DNA of 64,000 nt from Eledone cirrhosa (taxonomy: Eukaryota). The stretch lies in assembly GCA_964016885.1 (NCBI GenBank), contig OZ024741.1, positions 100,192,001-100,256,000 on the forward strand, read 5' to 3'. Within the stretch, counting starts at the first letter, position 1; the number at the start of each line of letters is the position of its first letter. Positions 56,027 through 64,000 of the stretch are shown in pieces. The position numbers and the translations under genes were made by a program. The notes beneath the pieces were generated by a model, which was given only the letters and a program-made list of their open reading frames with translations, had not been told where the DNA came from and did not search any database.

Positions 56027-57302
56027 TATATAACAAAGGAATTGTGGTAAGGAACCAGATGGACCATAACGCACCAGAGTACTCAATATTTAGGGTAGTA
56101 GAGTGGGAAATACGAAAAAGTATGTCCCCGACGGTAGAGCTCAACCCGTTTCGACGGCTATTTCTGGACCAGAAATAGCCGTCGAAACGGCTTGAGCTCT
56201 GCCGTCGGGGGTCTTATTTGTTCCTATATATATATATATATGAGAATGTGATAATGTATGTATATATGCATGCATATACATATTTAGAGAGTGATAGATA
56301 GATGGATAGACAGATATAATGGTAGTTAGATAGCTAAACAGATAAATAGATAAACAGATAGTTAAATTGTTAGTTCAACATACATATAACACAGAGAAAC
56401 TAACCAGTAGTAAGGTGTTATTGATTTTTAGCAAATTCACCTGTACACAGTTGGATATTATAAATATTTTTCAGGCCGCATCTCAATTTACATGCTGCGA
56501 AATCCCAATGAAGAAAATTGTTGATTCTCCATTTTTCTTGAAATTCTAGGTGTTGTCTGGTGCAGTTAAATCGGAACAATACATTTTATACGATTTGATT
56601 GTGCGATGTATGTCCCACTAAATCAAGCTCACACGAGTGTTTACACGTAAAATGATCTGGAATCAGAGAATATTGCCATATACATATATATATATATGCG
56701 TGTGTGTGCGTACGTGAGCGCGTGCATGTGTGTATGCGCGTATGCGTGTGATTACGCATGTTTTCATATATTTATATATATATATAATTTAAAGAAATAA
56801 ATAAGGCACCGCCATAGTTTCTTATGCCTTAGCACAACACGCACACATAAAAACATCCTCACCAACATAACATATATAAACAAACCTAAATACAGGCGTG
56901 CATATGAGAATCGCTAATTTTACTCTTATCTGTCTCAGAAAACAAGATTTAGCGTCTCACGCAGACAATTACATACAAATACACATACATACACACACAT
57001 TTACTAACACACGCACACATAGAGCTGCCATATATTTGCCTAGACAACTTCACCCACCACAGATACAAATCTTCCTATCGTTAATCTCTCTTCCTGTTCA
57101 TATAAATTTATATATGCATATAGTATGTAAATGACATGTATATATCTTTATATATATGTGTATATATACGTATATATATATATGTATATATGTACGTGTG
57201 AATGCATGTACGTATGTATGTACGTATATGAATGTACGTATGTGTGTCTGTATGTATACAGATACGCCCAGAGACACACGCATATATATATATATATATA
57301 TC

Positions 57303-57404
<102 letters not shown>

Positions 57405-60400
57405 TGTGTGTGTGCGTGTGCGTGTGTGTGTGTGTGCGTGTATATGTGTGTGTGTGTTATATGATATTTATATGATGAATTAATTTATCAGATGTATAAT
57501 CCATACGAAAAAAAGAATTACACATGCCGTAAAGACATATATAGACATGAAATGAACATATTTGAATATAGTTCTGCTCAATTGCAGGTGAGATTAAATT
57601 AATAAACAAATGGAGCAACTGCATCAACAAGAACATTATGATTTTCTCATTCATAGAAACCCATACGTTTTTGCTTGGCATCAGGGGAGTGCTGCGAAAC
57701 AAGAGTATAGCTTTTATTTATTGTATAAATTCCGGAATCATATCAACATTGGGATGTTTTTAAATGCTGTACATTGTTGCTCAACAATATTACAACATAA
57801 AACAATGCAATGGAATATATTAGACATTACACCGAAAATAGGAATCTTACCACCTATTATGACTGTCAGTACTCAATAATCTAATCATATAATTACATAA
57901 ATCTTTTCCCTCAAGATCAGTAATAACTATTATATTCTGTCTAACACATTCAACGACACAGAAATGGAAACCACAAATATAACTCCTCTAGAAAAGCGAA
58001 AAAAAGAAACTATAACAAACTTCGCCGTTATTTATTTCGTAGTTTACCATTATTAGTTGGTTTCCTTTATCCAGAATTCGTTATGCAAAAAAAAAAAAAA
58101 AATAATGATAATCATTCTTTAAAAAATTCTTTCTTCCTAGAAGCAAAGAATTTAAAAGCTCTAATTACCATCCAAATCACATCTAATAGACCATTAAAAG
58201 AAGAAAACAAGTCTATTAGTATTGAGGCTGTGACTGAATCTCTTCATTTGGTCACGCAATGATAATTTCTTAATAGAAAACTTGAGTCGCGACAATAATA
58301 TCCAGAGGAACTTAAAAAAAAAATAGCTCGTTTACAGAAATAAATTGCAGACATTTTGTTGTGGTTGTTTATAGATGACAGCAAGAAATAGCTTAGCTCG
58401 CTAGTGTTAATGGAAAAGAGAGGATTATTTATAAATCTACTTTTATGTGTAGGATATAATTTAGTACAGACATCTTTGGTTAGAAATTTGACATATTGTT
58501 TTTATTCACATGAAAAAATGTTCTAGCTGATAATAAAAGTAAATTTTGAAAACTATTGACAAGAATACAAAATGTTTATAAATATATAAGGAAGTCTATC
58601 TTTAATTAGCATATATCTTAAGATGTCTGGTAAATGCACAGGAGCGATAGAGTATTAGAGAAAATCTATTGAAATATTTAGTTAGTTACGATTACGTTCT
58701 GCAATCAATTATCACCGAGGTAAATTGTACATGTTTATTTCGATGAACAATAAATTCATCTCTGTCAGCTAATGAAAACAATTAAATCGGCTGACGATTC
58801 TTTAAAACTATATAGAAGGCTTCGGTATAAAAACACTTTAGAAATTATTATTATACGTTTCAATAATATCGGTTTTACCATATGATATTAAATCCTACCG
58901 TGTTGAATTATTTTTCATAACTATGTTCACAATATAAGTATCGGTTCGAAAACTATGATCGATTTAATTGACTATAGCTGTCAGAAAACGTGAGGCTCTG
59001 TGCGATTATGAGATAACATCATCATTTCCGTCTCTTTATTTTTGAATTCAAATCCTGTCGCTGTTAAATTGACTATCATCATTTCGCTTTTTATAATACC
59101 TTAGTATATCACCATTCAAGTTAAAATAAACTAGGTTTTTCGAAAGTTTCCAACCCTCCTGGTGTGACCTCGGAAGTGCACGCGCAATCAACAAATACAC
59201 ATCTACTACTATAATCCTCATCGGCCCCTTCACCCCTAACACAATCACTTCAAACAACGATAGCATCAACAAATTAGTCCAAATATACAGTACATAAAGA
59301 AATAAGAACGGCCACAGAGCATGCTCAGACACACGATTGGATTAAACCTCAGTCAGTCCGAGTTTCCTAAGCGCAACGTAGAAACACATTAACGGTTTGG
59401 TCTTTGGCTAGCAGCGACAAGCTCGTGCTACTTGGTTCAGATTTTGAGCGCCACATTGAGCGCCACATTGAGACGAGCGGTGGGCTGGATCAAAAATTGA
59501 TTGCGGCAAATCTGTGTTGGCGTATTATAACGTCACCGTAATGTTGTGGATCCCCTGGTATATCGATATGACGGCATCCCTTTTATTGCATTAGGAGGCA
59601 GCCAAAATGAATCAGTTTGCGTGTTAAACCAAATTCGACGGAATACAGTGATTCTAACTAGGAAATTAAATGAGCATAACCTATCTAATTCATCAAGGAG
59701 ATTTGTCTCACGCCCTACCCTTTCTGTTAAAACGTAGACAATTTTGCATGCAAAAATAATGAAGCAGACATTCTAAGTGCCGTCACAAAGTAAACAGGTT
59801 TAATATTGTTTTCTAACACATTAACTATTGATTTTCAACTTATAAATGTAATATTAACATCCTCCTACACTACACAATAACGAATCCAATAGTATATGAA
59901 TATAGCATTCACTGACAGGAAAATGTAACAGGGAGGGTTGTGATGTTTATAAATATCGTTTTGCACCAACACTTGAGATATTTGTCTTAATAAATATGAG
60001 AATGTGAAAAATAAAACTATAAAGTAAAATAAAATATAAAATAAACACACACTGAGAGTCGCAGTCAGATATTATTCCTTAATGCAACAATTTCTACTTC
60101 GCGTTAAAGAAGATGAACATAAAATTCCATCCGTAAATTTGAAATGACGCAACACATAATAGGAAAAGTGAAATTTTTTAATCCGATTTTCATTATCGAT
60201 ATAGGAAGAAAGCTTGCTTGTTTTTTGGTAAAAATCAAAAACAAAATAATTTGAAACCAATATGATATTGAAAGTATGCTGACGGAAATATTGCGAATGT
60301 TAGTAAGAAGTCATTTCGTTCGAATGTAACAGGAGATTTCACCCGCATAGTAATTGTGCAACACCTGTAACATAATATTTGTTGTCTGCAACGCACTGCA

Positions 60401-60559
60401 CTTCTGCATTTCTTCAAGTACGTGACACTGATAGAATGAGTGACTAATAAATATGTTTAGTGATTAAAGTGGGGTGATTGATCTAGATTGTGCGCAGCGT
60501 TCACAAACAATTATATTTTTTTAAATTCCTTCTGACACCTCTTCGGTGTCTCGGAATAA

Positions 60560-62790
60560 ACAATCTTTGTGCGTCCATCCTATACGTCCCAGGACAGATC
60601 AAGGCGTGCGCACTGCACTCTACACGTGAATGTTATACTGAAGCAGGTGGAGAAGTTTAAGTATCTCCGGCCCGTTTAAGTATCACGAGTGATAGAAGGC
60701 AGAAGGCTGAATAAACTGTAAGTATTGCAAGAGCTGGTGCAGAAATACAACGGCTTCAACCTTCGATAATCACCGTGTAACATATTTTATGTTCCCCGGT
60801 TCTAAGGTGTCATTTACTGGTATCCCATTATTATAAAAAAACACTATTATTTAATCAGAAGTTTGGGTTTGTGGTCAGGAGTTTGAAATTTAGAAATTGT
60901 CATATTTTTCAAGAAAAAACACATTTTTTTAAAATTTATCAGTTCATATAATTAAATCAACAGAGTATATATCTATTTTATGATACAAGCTTATCAAAAG
61001 CAAACGAGTGAAAACAAATAACACTTATAAACCAACTTATACACGTCAGAAATGACTGGATTTCCTGAATTTGCTGTTGTAGTCCAGGTAGCATTCCCGC
61101 ACTAGCCCCCAGATATAGTCCCCCATCATTTTTTCCTTACAGTGGCCTTGGTACCTCCGCTCTATCTCTTTCACATCTTAGTGGAATTGTTCGCCTTGTT
61201 CTTCTGAGTAGGCGCCCATATTGTCCTTGAATTTTTCCAGGTGAGCGTCCAGCATATGAAGTTTAAGCGACCTCCTGCATCCCATGGCGCCAAAAGTCTT
61301 TATTAGATCCTGTACCAGTTGCTAGTAGTTTTCAGCTCTGTAGTTGCCCAGGAAGCCCTTAACAACTGCCTTGAAACAGTTCCATGCTGTTCTCTCAATC
61401 CTATTGAGCTTATTGGAGAACTCGGTAGACTCAAACACCTTCTTTATCTGAGGCCCAACAAAAATTCAACCTTTCAGTTTGGCCTCAGAAAACTTGGGGA
61501 AGAACTTAAGAAGGTACTTAAAAGCGGCTGATTCTTGGTTGAGAGCCTTCACAAACTGCTTCATCAACGCCAACCTTAATGTTCAGTGGCGCCATAAGCA
61601 CAATCCTGGGATCAACCAGTGGCTCCCACATGACGTTCCGGGTCCCAGCTACAAATTCTGAGGAAACATTGGAATATTTTAAAGCCTCCCCGGAGTCCAA
61701 GCAGGAAAGCCACCATCTTGAAGTCTCCAATGATTTTCCCAATTGTACTGGTTGTATTGCAGAGCTTCCAAGAGGACTTTCACACTGTAGTAATCTTCCT
61801 TCACACAGACTGAATGAGCTAGGGGCAGTGTCGGGAACTTATTTCCATTGTGGAGGAAGAAACCTTCAAACTTGTGGTGGAGCTGTCTATAAATAGCCGC
61901 CACTCCTTGGGCACAAACGGCACCCCAATAACGTCAAACAGTCCAGGCCCGTCATGGCAGAAGCAGAAGCCATCCCTAAGAGTGTAAAAGCCTGAGAAAG
62001 GTTCGTGTCGACTTCTCTGACTTGTCACCTGCACTTCCTCCTTGACAAAGTTCCACTGCTTCATCCTGGAGACGAATAGCTCTGCATTGGACTTGGTCAG
62101 ACCCATATCCCTGACCAAGTCATTGACTTCTTTTTGGTTTGGGAAGTGAGGAACTTTTTCTGGTACCCCAGTATCAATAAATCTTTTTAATCCACTTTTT
62201 AACAATGTTATACTTTATTGCACTTTTATAATTTTCTTTAGGTATTACTCTTTATTTTATAATTTTAATTTAACCTGAAACATATATAAAAAAAATCATT
62301 TAACATAAGCAAATTAAACTTACATACAACGTAAAATCCAGCATACAAATAATTCTAGTGAATAGCTTAGAATTTTTACAAACCCAAACTTTTAACTGTT
62401 TAATAGCACTTTTTTTATTTATTTGGGACCTAAGCAACACAAACAAAGTGATTACAAGCCAGGAACAGAGAAATATTTTGTTTTTGTTACACGGTGAATC
62501 AGAGAAGAGGTAGGTGTAAAAGCCAAACTCGCTATCTTCAATCTGGTTTTAGAGTCAACCCTTACCTGTACTCATGAATCTTGCCTAATGAACGAAAGAA
62601 TACGATCATGAATACAAGAAGACGAAGGGTCTTTGAATTATTGTTACTCTATAACGTGCGTTGCACAAGGATCAGAGAATCGCTTCAGTAGGAAACACTA
62701 CTTCTCCGAATTGAGAGATCAAACCTCCGGTAATATGGGCATGTGGTTAGAATGTCTCAGGAAAGAATCGCTGATCAAATTTTATGCGGA
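60560..62790 (+). pseudogene. Decayed RTE-clade LINE fragment split by a DNA transposon (60560-60770 and 62497-62790)
   Basis: LKQVEKFKYL..IARAGA before the insertion; KAKLAIFN..TLTCTHES.LMNERIRS and YGHVVRMSQERI after it. Confidence 0.7.
60771..62496 (-). mobile_element. Chapaev3-type (CMC) DNA transposon with decayed transposase (~61070-62175)
   Basis: Termini CACCGTGTAACA / TGTTACACGGTG and 3-bp TSD AAT (60768-60770, 62497-62499). Motifs NDLVRDMGLTK, WRLFIDSS, LHNGNKFP, PLNIKVG, FLGNYRAENY, EEQGEQFH. N-terminus missing. Confidence 0.8.
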
Positions 62791-62799
62791 TCTCAAATT

Positions 62800-62968
62800 C
62801 ATGGTCCTGGCTGCTGAGCCGAAGATGGAAACATTGCAAGTAGGGTATGGAGATTTTGGTGTGTGTTAGGGTGGGAGGAGGTGAACTCAAGGTGGAGTAG
62901 GATTAAGAGGGTTTGTAGGTTTGTAGACGATGGAGTCAGAGAGGGTGTGGTGAGTGTGGTTGATAAAT

Positions 62969-63001
<33 letters not shown>

Positions 63002-63480
63002 AGAGAAAAAGAGAGAGAAAGAGAGAGAGAGACTGAGAGAGAGATATCGGGAAAATGGACAAAAATAATTGGGCGGTAGGGAAGATGACGACAGGCGGGA
63101 AAGACTGAAAGAAGAAAAGAAAGAAGACAAGCTGCACAAGGGAAAGTGTGGTGGTGACGATACAATCGTCGATATACCACAGAAGTGGGTCCAGTATTTT
63201 GGCAGAAGCTCTGGAACTCCACGTAGCCAATGAATAATTTGACGTATTTCTGGCCTATTCTGTTCCACATGTCTACGCCAGAGACGTACTGCTAACAATC
63301 TCTGGAAAACAAAATCCCGTACAGGGTGAGGACGATCTCAGCCAGTCGAAGAATCAGGGTATACAGGGCGCAAATCCCAAAAGTGTAGGACAGAGCAGAT
63401 GTCATCATCATGAGGGATAACGGTGTAGACTGATGTGTTTTCCAGCGTGAAGAGAAGGCGAGAGGAGAAGAGACAGACTT
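62800..63480 (-). pseudogene. Decayed Neptune-like PLE RT fragment
   Basis: FTLENTSVYTVIPHDD, LFIGYVE, WYIDDC, YKPTN, SSHP..SIPY in shifting frames. Confidence 0.7.
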
Positions 63481-64000
63481 GAACAGTCGAAGAGCATGAT
63501 TAGTCTCATGGATGTGGGAGAGGAGGTGGGTGACTAATAATGTGAGGAGGGTGTCAACGTAATGTGTGCGTGTGTATATGTGTGTGTGTGTGTATGTATG
63601 TAGAAAAGTGAGCACAATGTGGCCAACACTCGGACAAACGGAAACCATCGTACGTTTAGAAAGAGTGGGAGAAAGAGTTACAGAGAGAGACAGACATACA
63701 TATACAATACATATATTTATATATACTTGCATATATAAACGTATAGATCTAAGAATATAACTGTTTAAATATCGTTTCTTCAAACCAAAAACTCCATGAA
63801 TTTGAAATGTCGAAGGAAAATGTATTTAAATTTCTTGACGCACATGAAAATAATTAAATTTCTTTACATATATGCACATGCTACCACATCATCGATTCCT
63901 TAAAATAAATTCAAAAGCCGTTCATCACAATGCCAAAATCTACAACAGCAACATTCGTTAAACAATTGTTTCCAACTACCAACAGCAGACTACCCATATA

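Overview
AT-rich, microsatellite-saturated eukaryotic DNA. The tRNA-derived SINE and (TA)n/(CA)n landscape resemble an octopod cephalopod; this is my inference. I could not recognise any host protein-coding gene, and most ORF-track entries are microsatellite translations. The window is a nest of mobile DNA: many Penelope-like elements (PLEs), including a near-intact RT + C-terminal GIY-YIG element with two pseudo-LTRs (46722-51579, Hydra-clade-like) and two decayed Neptune-like copies, one with a precise 5' inversion and an extra coiled-coil upstream ORF. It also holds tandem R4/Dong-type LINEs in (TAA)n, a CRE-like remnant, an RTE remnant split by a Chapaev3-type transposon (3-bp TSD), a mariner remnant, a non-coding two-LTR element, and SINEs with clear TSDs. 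The most striking unannotated layer is RNA structure. About 15 intact or decayed type I hammerhead-ribozyme motifs from several unrelated repeat families are visible. Most have palindromic (dimer-type) stem III, several have very long stem II insertions, and one family is arranged as non-coding ~420-450 nt terminally redundant or tandem monomers, i.e. a retrozyme-like candidate circular-RNA element.
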